NCBI RefSeq assembly: GCF_000025945.1
Contig: NC_006138.1
Span: 1,230,001 to 1,262,000 of the forward strand
DNA: 32,000 nucleotides
Direction: 5' to 3'
Source: Desulfotalea psychrophila LSv54
Lineage (GTDB): Bacteria; Desulfobacterota; Desulfobulbia; Desulfobulbales; Desulfocapsaceae
Below the pieces are notes generated by a model. That model worked only from the letters and a program-made list of their open reading frames with translations. It had not been told where the DNA came from and did no database searches. The position numbers were made by a program, and so were the translations under genes. This document shows positions 1-8,934 of the stretch, one piece after another (within the stretch, counting starts at the first letter, position 1; the number at the start of each line of letters is the position of its first letter).

Positions 1-27
1 GCATTATTTTTCAAAAAAGGTATCTTT

Positions 28-750
28 ATGGTTAAGGATGGGAAGTCCCGACAGGCAGATCTGTATGGGTGGCGGAGGAAGGTCTTGATGGACGAGGTGA
101 CGGTGTACCCTGTCTGTTGCGAACAACTTTCCGCTGGAAGATCGGATAAGGAGTGGTTGGATAATGTTTTGGCGGGCGGAGCAAAGATTGTTCAGCTTCG
201 GGATAAAAAAAGTGATGATCGTCTTTTGCTTGAGAAGGCAAAATATTTTCGGGAGAAAACCCGGGAGGCGGGGGCGCTTTTTTTGATAAATGACAGATTT
301 GATATTGGCCTTTTGGCGGATTCCGACGGTATTCATGTGGGTCAGGGAGATCTGCCCCCCGAGGAGATTCGCCGTCTTACCCCAGATTGGATTATTGGTC
401 AATCCTGTAATGATCTGGCAGAGGTGGAAGCCCTGGGTGCTCAGGTGCAGGCGGGTTCCTCGGCTGTTGATTATTATAATATTGGTCCAATTTATAGAAC
501 GGATACCAAGGAGGGTTTGCATACCTTTTTGGGCGCCGGAGACATCCAGCAGATATCTGCAGCCTGCCCTCTGCCCTTTACGGTGATGGGTGGTATAAAG
601 TGGGATCATATTCCAGAGCTGGCGGCTGCCGGGGTACGGCGTATGGCCGTGGTGACGGCAATAAGTATGGCGGCTGATATGCAGGCAGAGACAAGGCGAT
701 GGATAGATGAGATTAGGCGTGTGACCACCCTGCCTGTTAACTCGTTATAG
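28..750 (+). CDS. thiE: thiamine-phosphate synthase (ThiE)
   Basis: 240-aa ORF with ThiE-like blocks (VQLRDKK, LINDRFDI, GIHVGQGDL, IGQSCN, GPIYRTDTKEG, VMGGIK). The ATG at 28 has only a weak AAAGG upstream. An in-frame ATG at 88 (MDEVTVY) follows a strong GGAGGAAGG and may be the real start. Confidence 0.85.
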   Translation: MVKDGKSRQADLYGWRRKVLMDEVTVYPVCCEQLSAGRSDKEWLDNVLAGGAKIVQLRDKKSDDRLLLEKAKYFREKTREAGALFLINDRFDIGLLADSDGIHVGQGDLPPEEIRRLTPDWIIGQSCNDLAEVEALGAQVQAGSSAVDYYNIGPIYRTDTKEGLHTFLGAGDIQQISAACPLPFTVMGGIKWDHIPELAAAGVRRMAVVTAISMAADMQAETRRWIDEIRRVTTLPVNSL

Positions 751-776
751 AGGAATGGAATTTGGAGAATTTAGCT

Positions 777-1466
777 ATGACTGAGAAAAAAGCCCCTGGT
801 CAGGGTGCGATTTTAGAAGAGATAAAAACCTTTGTCTGTTTTGCCGTGGCACCGGAAAAACAGGCCTTGGCGATGGAGTTGGTCTGCCGCTACCAAGAAG
901 ATAGTATTGTTCAGCAGCTTCTCTGTGAACACTACTCTTCTCTGCCGGAGGCTGTTGAGGAACCTATCCTGGCTATTCGGGAACTTTCCTCCCAACAGGG
1001 CATTTACTGTCTATTGCTGGTGGCGGAGAGTGTGAGCTTTTTCTATCTTGTCTCGGCTGATCAGGTGGTTTACGCGGGTTGTCGTGCAGAGGAGTTGAGC
1101 GCCGATCTTCTCAGGTTTATTGATCTGGGTGACTGGGCAAATTTGGATAAGCTGGTTGCTAAGCCGGAGCAGTTTCCTCTCTATGGGGGGCTGGAGAAGA
1201 GGAAGGCTGTTTGTTCTGTCTGTGGCGTTGCTGAAGGTGATGCTCACCTGCTTGGCTGTCTTGTTGAGATTTGCCCATGGTGTGATGGGCAGCTGAACAC
1301 CTGTAACTGTCGCTTTGAGAAGCTCGGGGTGGATGAGATTAACTCGGAGGAAGAGTTGGAAAAATTTGAAAAACTTTTAGCAGAGAAGGGGCGGGTTCCT
1401 TTTAGTGCGGAGCAGGGACTTGCTTATCCTGGCTCCAGTAAGGGGCTTGATCCTGCGGACGATTAG
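777..1466 (+). CDS. hypothetical acidic protein with a C-terminal Cys-rich (putative zinc-binding) motif
   Basis: The track ORF 762..1466 begins at TTG; the first ATG is at 777 (MTEKKAPGQ). The C-terminal third carries C-x2-C-x11-C-x4-C-x2-C-x6-C-x-C (CSVCG...CLVEICPWCDGQLNTCNC). I recognise no family. A strong terminator follows it. Confidence 0.6.
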   Translation: MTEKKAPGQGAILEEIKTFVCFAVAPEKQALAMELVCRYQEDSIVQQLLCEHYSSLPEAVEEPILAIRELSSQQGIYCLLLVAESVSFFYLVSADQVVYAGCRAEELSADLLRFIDLGDWANLDKLVAKPEQFPLYGGLEKRKAVCSVCGVAEGDAHLLGCLVEICPWCDGQLNTCNCRFEKLGVDEINSEEELEKFEKLLAEKGRVPFSAEQGLAYPGSSKGLDPADD

Positions 1467-1502
1467 TCAGGATATTTTTTGAGTCGTTCCTGCTTGAACA
1501 AA

Positions 1503-1540
1503 GGAGCTGCAACCAATAATGGTTGCAGCTCCTTTTTTTT
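1503..1540. terminator. intrinsic terminator between the convergent orphan gene (+) and hflC (-)
   Basis: Perfect 12-bp stem GGAGCTGCAACC / GGTTGCAGCTCC with loop AATAAT, followed by T8 on the plus strand. On the minus strand a short TTTGTT follows the stem, so it is weaker in that direction. Confidence 0.7.
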
Positions 1541-1554
1541 GCTCTGCTGCGGTC

Positions 1555-2493
1555 TTATTTTCCTGTAACTGACTTGAGATATTTGAACATATCAGAGTCT
1601 GAGGAGATAACAAGTTTTGTGTTTCCACCCACAACCTTATGGTAGCTTTCCAGAGTCTTCTGGAAGGCATAGAACTCAGGGTCCTGGGAGTATGCTTTGG
1701 CATAGATTTTGGTAGCCTCAGCATCTGCCTTACCCTTGATGCCGAGGGCTTGACGCTTGGCTTCAGAGGTGATCTCTTGTAGATCCCGATCAACTTTACC
1801 GAGAATTTGGGCCTTTTCACCTTCACCGAGGGAACGTTTCTCTGCGGCAATTCGTTTCCGTTCAGAGATCATTCGTTGGTATACGGTGAGACGTACTGAC
1901 TCGATATAGTTTACCCTTTTGAACATCACGTCAATAAGCTCGATGCCGTACTGTGGGGTTACCTTGCTGGCGACCTTTAAGATCTCGTTTGAGATTTCAT
2001 CACGTCCCTTGGCGGGTCTGTTGCCAATGGTGCTGGTGGCGGTGGTCTTTGACATGGTGTCAGCAGACCAATCAGAGCTGCGGATTATTTCAATGAGATT
2101 GTTTTTGTTGACCATATCACGAACGGTACCGGCCAAAATATCATCGAGGAGTGATTGGGCCCGTGCCTCTGTCTTTACCGCCTGTAGATACTTCAGGGCA
2201 TCGGTAATCCTCCAACGAGCAGTAGTGTCAAGGTAGACATAGGTCTTGTCGTTGGTTGGAATCTGGTTGGGCTCGCCATCCCATATTTGAATTTTTTTCT
2301 CAAAAAGTTCAACATGTTGGACAAATGGCATTTTGATGTGAAGACCTGCATCGATGACAGGGTCTCCCACTGGTCGGCCAAATTGGGTGATAACCGCCTG
2401 TTTCCCCTCTTCGAGGACAAAAAAGCCGTCGTAGACAACTATGATGCCAAGAAGGACGAGACCTATAAGAAAAAACTGTACTATTTGTTTCAT
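1555..2493 (-). CDS. hflC: protease modulator HflC (SPFH/band-7 family)
   Basis: 312-aa ORF with an N-terminal TM helix (FFLIGLVLLGIIVVY), then an SPFH domain and a coiled-coil region. It starts 25 nt downstream of hflK, and GAGGAA precedes the ATG. Confidence 0.85.
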   Translation of the reverse strand: MKQIVQFFLIGLVLLGIIVVYDGFFVLEEGKQAVITQFGRPVGDPVIDAGLHIKMPFVQHVELFEKKIQIWDGEPNQIPTNDKTYVYLDTTARWRITDALKYLQAVKTEARAQSLLDDILAGTVRDMVNKNNLIEIIRSSDWSADTMSKTTATSTIGNRPAKGRDEISNEILKVASKVTPQYGIELIDVMFKRVNYIESVRLTVYQRMISERKRIAAEKRSLGEGEKAQILGKVDRDLQEITSEAKRQALGIKGKADAEATKIYAKAYSQDPEFYAFQKTLESYHKVVGGNTKLVISSDSDMFKYLKSVTGK

Positions 2494-2517
2494 GCTATTT
2501 TCCTCTATATGTTCCGT

Positions 2518-3657
2518 TTATTTAGACTGGGGCTGGATGGGCAAACCTGCTGCTCCACCCAAGTTGAGAAAAGGAACTGGGCCACTTTGGTCTCTGTCTA
2601 TGATGTAAATATCTTTCACCTGTGGCAATACCTTGCTCATGGTCTCCAGATAGATGCGCTTTCTGGTAACATCCGGGGCGAGGCGATACTCTTTGAGGAT
2701 ATCAACAAAACGTTGAGTTTCACCCTTGGATTCGTTTACTCGGGTAAAGGCATAACCCCTTGCTTCTTCAACAATTTTTTTCGCATTACCACGAGCTTTG
2801 GGGATGACCCTGTTGTAGGTTTCCTGTGCCTCGTTGACAAGCCGTTTCATATCCTGATCTGCTTCGTTCACCTCATTGAAGGCTGGCTTAACCTTGTCCG
2901 GTGGATTGATGTCCTGAAACTGTACCGTGCCAATTTTGATACCGGGTAGGCTGGTGCCAAAGAGGTTGTTCAGCTCGATTTGCAGTTCCTGTTTTACCGA
3001 GGCGGCAAGCAGGTCACGGTTACTGAGGACATAGTCAAAATCCATATTACCCACAATTCGGCGGGTAACACTCTCTGAAATATCGCGTACAGCCTGACGT
3101 ACATCTTTTACCAGAAAGAGAAATGAATAGGGGTCGCCGACACGATACTGAACGATCCAGGCAACGTTGATAACGTTTTTATCTGCCGTTAGCATGAGGG
3201 ATTCAACATCGTAACCTTTGCGGCTAAAGGTTGGCTGTTGACCTGGAAAGCGACTTCTGAAGCCAAACTCTTCTTTTCGGATCTGCTCTACATCTACCTT
3301 GTACAGATGGTCTATATAGGGGATCTTGAAGTGTAGTCCAGATGGTTTGGTGGATGCGTATTTACCAAGACGGAGGACAACACCTACCTCACTCGGGGCA
3401 ATTTTGTAAAAAGAGGAGTAGACGCCCTGGGCTATTAAGATAAGGGCGACAATGGCAATGATCTTGCCAATGGAGGCAAGTGGGTTTGCTGGGCGAGTTT
3501 CTCGGGGCTGATCTGGGTGTGGCGGTTCGTTACTGCCTGTCTTTTTGTCGTCTGAAAAAAAGTCCTGTATTTTTTTGATTAGTTGGGCCACCAAATCCTC
3601 TGGTGTCTGCGGCTTTTTTTTTCGACCCCAAGGTGGCTGTTGGTCGTTAAGGGACAT
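2518..3657 (-). CDS. hflK: protease modulator HflK (SPFH/band-7 family)
   Basis: 379 aa with an HflK-type N-terminus (PPWGRKKKP, charged linker), one TM helix and an SPFH domain. AGGAG precedes the ATG. The upstream position in an hflK-hflC pair fits the call. Confidence 0.85.
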   Translation of the reverse strand: MSLNDQQPPWGRKKKPQTPEDLVAQLIKKIQDFFSDDKKTGSNEPPHPDQPRETRPANPLASIGKIIAIVALILIAQGVYSSFYKIAPSEVGVVLRLGKYASTKPSGLHFKIPYIDHLYKVDVEQIRKEEFGFRSRFPGQQPTFSRKGYDVESLMLTADKNVINVAWIVQYRVGDPYSFLFLVKDVRQAVRDISESVTRRIVGNMDFDYVLSNRDLLAASVKQELQIELNNLFGTSLPGIKIGTVQFQDINPPDKVKPAFNEVNEADQDMKRLVNEAQETYNRVIPKARGNAKKIVEEARGYAFTRVNESKGETQRFVDILKEYRLAPDVTRKRIYLETMSKVLPQVKDIYIIDRDQSGPVPFLNLGGAAGLPIQPQSK

Positions 3658-3958
3658 AAAAATCTCCTGATGAATGAAAAATAGTTATACGACACGCTGG
3701 CGTATTGAGCATCTCATACGACGAGGCGAATCTGTACTCGAATCAACTATAAAATATGTAGGCCTTATCATGCAGGCGGAACAGCCCGTGGCTTTTCGAA
3801 ATGTTCCGACTGGCATATTTGCTTACAGGGGTTCTTCCTGTAGACAAATATTAATATAGAGTAGTGACTAGGGCGAATTAAAGCAATCTGAATCGACAGT
3901 TCGATGATTGCTATTTTTTAATGGGGAGTATTTGTGAGGAGTTTGTTCTGCCAGGGGG

Positions 3959-3992
3959 AACAGGGGCGGGCTATGTGGGGCCCGCCCCTGTT
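3959..3992 (-). terminator. GC-rich hairpin downstream of the PEPCK gene (possible terminator or stabiliser without a U-tract)
   Basis: 12-bp perfect stem AACAGGGGCGGG / CCCGCCCCTGTT with a 10-nt loop, 27 nt past the pck stop. Neither strand has a T-run after the stem, so terminator function is uncertain. Confidence 0.35.
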
Positions 3993-4018
3993 GTGGATGT
4001 ACTTGTCCTGGAGAAAAA

Positions 4019-5974
4019 TTAGGCGGCAAGCATCTGTGGAAGAGCAATGGCGCCAAATTGTTCTTTTAGGCTGAGCAGATCTTTTTCTTGTTGGTTGTAA
4101 ACGTCGAAAAGGGTCTGGGGAATGCCTGGCTCTTTGCTGTATGCATCCTTTTGCAGCTGGATGCGGCCAAGGATATTGTCTATATAGAGAGCAAATTGCA
4201 TATCATAGAGTTCTCTAGGGTACTCTTTGTCAATTCCTGCGAAGAGTATCTTGAGATCACCATATTTTGGCAGATAGCCAATGGGTGTGTCAATTGCCTC
4301 AACATCTCCGTGGGCAAAAAGTTCAAGCCAGCCGAGCCATACCCGAACATCTTTTTTCTCGCCAAGAATTCCTGCCTCGTTACTGCCACGGTTTTCGTGG
4401 GTAAGGAAGTAGTTGAGCCCTGCCATGATGGGTGCGTTATTATCGCTGAATTTTGCTGAGTTATAAAAGGCGAACTGGGCCTTCATATAGTCAGCTAATG
4501 CACCGGGGATAAAGGGTGCGTTGGCCCATGGTTGTCTGCGAACTCCGGTAGCGCCAACTTCAGTAGCCGTTGCTCTGGAGACGATGGAGGCGCCGATAAC
4601 AACACCTTCGTTGGAATTTTTAGCTACCCAGACAGGAGGCATGGTATCTGCGTCACGGCCGGAGTAGGTGACAACCTTTACTGGTACGCCGGCAGGATCT
4701 TCTGCAAGATCAGTTGCGTGGTTTTTGATGGCAGAGGCCAGCAGGGTACAACGGGAGTTCTTGTGGGAGATGGGTGCAGGATTTCCCTCTGCATCGGTTT
4801 TTCCCGGGAACCACTCGCCCTGAAAGTTAACGCCTGATTGTGGGGTCTCTTCGCCGTTGCCGGCCCAATAGGGAACTCCATCGTTTACCAGTACGTTGGA
4901 CCAGATAACCTCGGTTCCGTCGCCACGAAGACAGTCCATAAGATTAGGATCACCCTCTTGATTTACATCTTCAACGATGCCGAAAATGCCCTTCTCAGGG
5001 TTGATGGCGCGCATGGTGCCATCTTCTGCAAGCCAGATTTGAGCAAGGTCATCACCGATGAAGTGGCTTCCTACCATGGCGGTGGTGGTCTTGCCACAAC
5101 CGGAAGGTGCAGCGCCAGCAAAGAAGGTTATGCGGTCGCCCGGGCCTGTCATGCCAGTGATAAACATATGCTCGGAGAGTTGCTCTTCAAGCTTATAATA
5201 GGTTGCGTAATCTACAGAAAAGCGATGGTTACCCTTTTTGAGTAAGAGGGTGTTGCCAGCGTAGGTGCAGAAGGTGGAGAAGGTTGTACCCCAACTACGA
5301 TCCATGAGAATACGTGCATTTGGTACATCGGCGCTGGTATTGTCGCCTTCGGCATGAACATTGGTGAAAAAGAGACCGGTTCGTGCAGCCTCTGCATCAA
5401 ATGCTGCAAAGCAATTTCTGTAGAGTATCTCCGCTGAGTGCAGGACATACCCGGAGGAGGAAATTTCGATTGCTGGTAGGGCCGCAGCTGCGCCCACCGG
5501 GCCTCTGCTGTAAAAGCCCACGATCATCGTTTTGCCCTGCATGACGTTGGGCATATACTCTTTTATATAGGTCAATGCCTCGGGGCGAAGAAGGGATTTT
5601 GCAAGAGAACTCATCTCCTCCCCTTCGTTAATAATATAGTAGGTTTGATTTACCAGACGTGCCTGGTCCTGGGGCAGGTCAAAGTGGATGGTGTGTCCAG
5701 CCTTGGTGAGTGGTGCCTCTTCTTCCTGGCTGAGAGAGTAATCACGAATCCACTGTTGATCTTCTGGGGTACCAGTGTTAATAAAAACATGATCAGGGGC
5801 GCACATATTTATGGCGTTGGCGATCTTGATCAGTGCCTCTGTGTTTGTGATTTTGCTGATCTTTGAAAAGTTTTCTGCATCAAGCTTGTCTTTGAGAATA
5901 GCCTGTGCTTCTGTAATAGAGGTGATTCCGCCTACTGTGGAGAGTATGTCATCGCCTTTTCTGAGTTCCAGCAT
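4019..5974 (-). CDS. pckG: phosphoenolpyruvate carboxykinase, GTP-type family
   Basis: PEPCK-GTP-like blocks: P-loop FFAGAAPSGCGKTTTAM, IGDDLAQIW, INPEKGIFGIVEDV, NSRCT, RRQPWANAPF. The start is set at the ATG at 5974 (MLELRKG), preceded by AAGGAG 8 nt upstream. The track ORF extends to 6037 from a non-ATG codon. Confidence 0.85.
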   Translation of the reverse strand: MLELRKGDDILSTVGGITSITEAQAILKDKLDAENFSKISKITNTEALIKIANAINMCAPDHVFINTGTPEDQQWIRDYSLSQEEEAPLTKAGHTIHFDLPQDQARLVNQTYYIINEGEEMSSLAKSLLRPEALTYIKEYMPNVMQGKTMIVGFYSRGPVGAAAALPAIEISSSGYVLHSAEILYRNCFAAFDAEAARTGLFFTNVHAEGDNTSADVPNARILMDRSWGTTFSTFCTYAGNTLLLKKGNHRFSVDYATYYKLEEQLSEHMFITGMTGPGDRITFFAGAAPSGCGKTTTAMVGSHFIGDDLAQIWLAEDGTMRAINPEKGIFGIVEDVNQEGDPNLMDCLRGDGTEVIWSNVLVNDGVPYWAGNGEETPQSGVNFQGEWFPGKTDAEGNPAPISHKNSRCTLLASAIKNHATDLAEDPAGVPVKVVTYSGRDADTMPPVWVAKNSNEGVVIGASIVSRATATEVGATGVRRQPWANAPFIPGALADYMKAQFAFYNSAKFSDNNAPIMAGLNYFLTHENRGSNEAGILGEKKDVRVWLGWLELFAHGDVEAIDTPIGYLPKYGDLKILFAGIDKEYPRELYDMQFALYIDNILGRIQLQKDAYSKEPGIPQTLFDVYNQQEKDLLSLKEQFGAIALPQMLAA

Positions 5975-6350
5975 GGGGTTTACTCCTTCAGGTTTTGTTG
6001 TATATGAAGCTATAGTAAGGGTTGAAATTTCGCGCAACCATAAGTATTTTTTATAGTAACGTCAAGCGATACTTATCTGTCGACCCAGTTTTTTTACTGT
6101 CTACTTAATAGCTTGATTTGTTGCTGTTTTGCCAGAGATATTTTCTTTTATTGGCTTTAGGTCTTGTTGGGCAATTCTGCCTTTTGTGGTGCGGTTTTTG
6201 ATTTATAACTGTATTTCTTATAGTTACTTGCCTTGGCGAGTTGTTTGTGGCAGAGGTGGTGGACCTTGAAAGATTCTTTGCAAGAAAGGTTGGATCATGA
6301 TATATGGCAGGCAGTTTGTTGCGGAATGGTGGTTTCAGGGTGTGTAGAGC

Positions 6351-6388
6351 AAAAAAAAGGAGTTGTAATCTTTAAAGATTACAACTCC
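6351..6388 (-). terminator. intrinsic terminator of tRNA-Leu
   Basis: Read on the minus strand: GGAGTTGTAATC-TTTAAA-GATTACAACTCC (12-bp perfect stem) followed by T8, about 10 nt after the tRNA 3' end. Confidence 0.7.
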
Positions 6389-6398
6389 TTGAGTAATT

Positions 6399-6485
6399 TG
6401 GTGCCGAAGAGAAGACTCGAACTTCCACGGGGTTACCCCCACTAGACCCTGAACCTAGCGCGTCTACCAATTCCGCCACTTCGGC
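6399..6485 (-). tRNA. tRNA-Leu (anticodon CAG), class II with long variable arm, CCA encoded
   Basis: The reverse complement is GCCGAAGTGGCGGAATTGGTAGACGCGCTAGGTTCAGGGTCTAGTGGGGGTAACCCCGTGGAAGTTCGAGTCTTCTCTTCGGCACCA. It has a 7-bp acceptor stem, anticodon loop TTCAGGG, T-loop TTCGAGT and a long variable arm. Confidence 0.93.
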
Positions 6486-6495
6486 AACGAGGATG

Positions 6496-6524
6496 AATAT
6501 GCTCTTTGTGGGGTGGAATGTCAA
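6496..6524 (-). promoter_or_regulatory. sigma70-like promoter of tRNA-Leu
   Basis: Minus strand reads TTGACA-17 nt-CATATT, with the -10 ending 10 nt before the mature tRNA 5' end. An A/T-rich tract lies upstream (AATTAATTTAAATTTAATAACAAAAAAAG). Confidence 0.5.
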
Positions 6525-6561
6525 TACTTTTTTTGTTATTAAATTTAAATTAATTGAAGGG

Positions 6562-7548
6562 ATGAAACAGAGGATGCAAATCTTTACGGATATTACTCAG
6601 ATTAAACAGTGTTTTACTAATGCCTGCGTTACCATTGGTAATTTTGATGGCGTTCATCTTGGCCATCAAAAACTTTTCAATGAGGTTTTGCATCGCGCCC
6701 GGGCTCGGCGGGGTGGAACCAGTGTAGCTATTACCTTTGACCCTCATCCTCTCAGTGTTCTTCGTCCGGAAGGTATTCAGCTGATCTCCACCATGGAACA
6801 AAAATTGGAACTTGTTGAGCAGGCGGGAGTGGATATACTTCTGCTGATTCCATTTTCCAAGGAATTTGCCAAGACTACTGCGGAATATTTTGTGGATGAA
6901 ATTCTTCTTGGTTGTCTGGGTATTGTTGAGCTGGTGGTGGGGTATGATTACGCCTTTGGCAAGGGGCGTGCAGGTAATATTGATTTTTTGCGGATAGAGG
7001 GAGAACGTTATGGCTTTCCTGTAACCGTGGTTGATGCCTTTTATGAGAGTGGGGAGCCGGTGAGCTCTACTCGCATTCGCAAGCTTATCACGGCAGGAGA
7101 TGTGGCCAAAGCTGCTACTCTTATGGGCCGGAATTATCAGATTCGTGGCAAGGTTCAGCATGGTGTAAAGCGGGGTGGTAGTCAGCTTGGCTTTCCCACG
7201 GCAAACCTCAGTCTTAATAAGGAGTATCTTATCCCTCATTTTGGTGTTTATGTCGCCCAGATTATCTATGATGGACATACTTATAATGGTGTCTTGAATG
7301 TTGGTCGTAATCCTACCTTTCCGGAAAATAAGCTGGTTGCAGAGGTCCATATATTTGATTTTAATAAAGAAATTTATGGCAAACATATAAAGATAAATCT
7401 ACTGCAATTTCTTCGGGGTGAAGTGTCGTTCCCGGATATTGCCTCCCTTGCCAAGCAAATAGAGGCTGATATTGCTTTGACAAAGGCCATTTTGGCAGAA
7501 CAACAACACGGGCTTGCCCTGAGTTATGGAGGGAAATTTAATTGTTAG
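6562..7548 (+). CDS. ribF: bifunctional riboflavin kinase / FMN adenylyltransferase
   Basis: Contains the GNFDGVHLGHQ nucleotidyltransferase motif, and a C-terminal riboflavin kinase domain (GFPTANL, GVLNVGRNPTF, EVHIFDF). The start is moved to ATG 6562 (6574 is an alternative), because the track start at 6493 lies inside the tRNA-Leu promoter. Confidence 0.85.
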   Translation: MKQRMQIFTDITQIKQCFTNACVTIGNFDGVHLGHQKLFNEVLHRARARRGGTSVAITFDPHPLSVLRPEGIQLISTMEQKLELVEQAGVDILLLIPFSKEFAKTTAEYFVDEILLGCLGIVELVVGYDYAFGKGRAGNIDFLRIEGERYGFPVTVVDAFYESGEPVSSTRIRKLITAGDVAKAATLMGRNYQIRGKVQHGVKRGGSQLGFPTANLSLNKEYLIPHFGVYVAQIIYDGHTYNGVLNVGRNPTFPENKLVAEVHIFDFNKEIYGKHIKINLLQFLRGEVSFPDIASLAKQIEADIALTKAILAEQQHGLALSYGGKFNC

Positions 7549-7585
7549 ATGCTTGCGGTGGCGATCTGTTGACGCGACTTTCTCC

Positions 7586-7613
7586 TTGCATGTGCTTAGA
7601 AGGTGCCTATACT
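7586..7613 (+). promoter_or_regulatory. candidate sigma70-like promoter for the TPR/HEAT module
   Basis: TTGCAT-16 nt-TATACT, about 105 nt upstream of the ATG at 7721. Confidence 0.4.
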
Positions 7614-7720
7614 ATAGTGCGTTTGAATATAGGCGGGTAATACCGAAATTAATAACACTGTAATTATAATTTGCTGGCGGGGTTTTGCTGGTTTTTAAAA
7701 ATATTTATTTCCGAGGTCTT

Positions 7721-8350
7721 ATGTCTGAAGAATTGAGAGAAGATTTGTCGCAAATTATTGCGGAACTAGAGAAGAAATGTGGGCAGAATCCAAATTCTGT
7801 AATGGCCGTTCATCATCTGGGTTTGGTTTATATGAAGGCCGGTCGTGTTGATGAGGCGATTACCTGTTTGGAAAAAGCGCTGGAAATTGATGACCTCAGT
7901 CACGAGAGCATGATTAACCTTGGCGCCATCTATTTTGGTCAGGGTAATGTGGCCAAGGCTCAGGAGCTCAATGAGCGTGCTATTGCCTCTCAGCCGGAAA
8001 GCGCTCAGGCCCATGCTAATCTCGGTCTTATTTGGCAACAGCAAAACGAGCTTGATAAGGCTCTTGCCTCCTATGAGAAGGCTGTGCAGTATGATCCAAA
8101 GCTTATCACCGTATGGCTGAATCTTGCCTCTGTTCTTACCATGAAGGGTGAGGATGATCGTGCCGTTGAATCTTCGCAAAAAGCCATCGACATTGATCCC
8201 GATTCTCCACTTGCCCATAACAATATGGCTGTGGCCCTTTATTTTAAGAAAAATATAAAGAAGGCCGTACATCATATGAATCGCGCTAAGGAACTTGGTT
8301 ACTCTGTTGATCCCAATTTCGAAGCCCGTCTTAACGAGCAATTGGCCTGA
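7721..8350 (+). CDS. tetratricopeptide-repeat (TPR) protein
   Basis: 209 aa from ATG 7721 (MSEELRED). About five canonical 34-aa TPR units are visible (AxxxLGxxYxxxGxxxxAxxxxxxAlxxxP pattern repeated). Confidence 0.75.
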   Translation: MSEELREDLSQIIAELEKKCGQNPNSVMAVHHLGLVYMKAGRVDEAITCLEKALEIDDLSHESMINLGAIYFGQGNVAKAQELNERAIASQPESAQAHANLGLIWQQQNELDKALASYEKAVQYDPKLITVWLNLASVLTMKGEDDRAVESSQKAIDIDPDSPLAHNNMAVALYFKKNIKKAVHHMNRAKELGYSVDPNFEARLNEQLA

Positions 8351-8400
8351 TGCTAAAGGGCCATGGGGCCTTTTAGAATAAAAACTTTCAGGAGTCTTGC

Positions 8401-8934
8401 ATGGTTAAGCACAATGTTAAAACAGCACCTTGGTGTCCATTTTGTGGGCAGAAGGTGGGTAGGCCAACGGATGCCATAGAGCGTAAGTTGACAGAGTTTC
8501 CGGTTGGTAAGTGTCAGTGTGGTGCCGTTTATTGTTCCGATGTAACGGGACATAACGTGGGTGCCGCCATGGTGGAAACCCTGGTCTATGCCTGTAGTGA
8601 TACCTGGGATTTTGCCTGGGAGCTGATGCCGGAGGATGACTATCTCACCGGTCGGATTGAGAACTATGATGGTGTGACTCATCAGGTAATTGCCGAGAAA
8701 AATGTAGACGGGCGTGCCGTTCGCGGTGTTCTCTTTTTTGTTCGTCTCCATACCGAAATATCTGATCTTGCCGAAAGAATCAAGGCCAGAAAAGATGGGG
8801 TGCTCTTCATCAAATACCTGATTTCATTAAAAATGTTGATCGTTTGCCAATGGAGCCCGTCCTTGACGATAGACGCACTCGTAAGCGTGCCAGCAAAAAA
8901 ATTGTTAAGGATCTGGTTGACCAATCTGATATAG
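8401..8934 (+). CDS. zinc-ribbon-containing hypothetical protein; the 3' tail after about 8800 is probably out of frame
   Basis: AGGAG sits 6 nt before the ATG. The N-terminus has CPFCG...CQCGAVYC. The last ~45 codons (VLFIKYLISLKMLIVCQW...) look non-native, and their third positions are poor in T, unlike neighbouring genes. Over the same DNA the frame of the next ORF reads like real protein. Confidence 0.55.
   Translation: MVKHNVKTAPWCPFCGQKVGRPTDAIERKLTEFPVGKCQCGAVYCSDVTGHNVGAAMVETLVYACSDTWDFAWELMPEDDYLTGRIENYDGVTHQVIAEKNVDGRAVRGVLFFVRLHTEISDLAERIKARKDGVLFIKYLISLKMLIVCQWSPSLTIDALVSVPAKKLLRIWLTNLI

Noticed and set aside
6233-6445. 70-aa plus-strand ORF in the pck/tRNA-Leu intergenic region.
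   Set aside because: It overlaps the tRNA-Leu gene and its terminator on the opposite strand, and has no ribosome-binding site.
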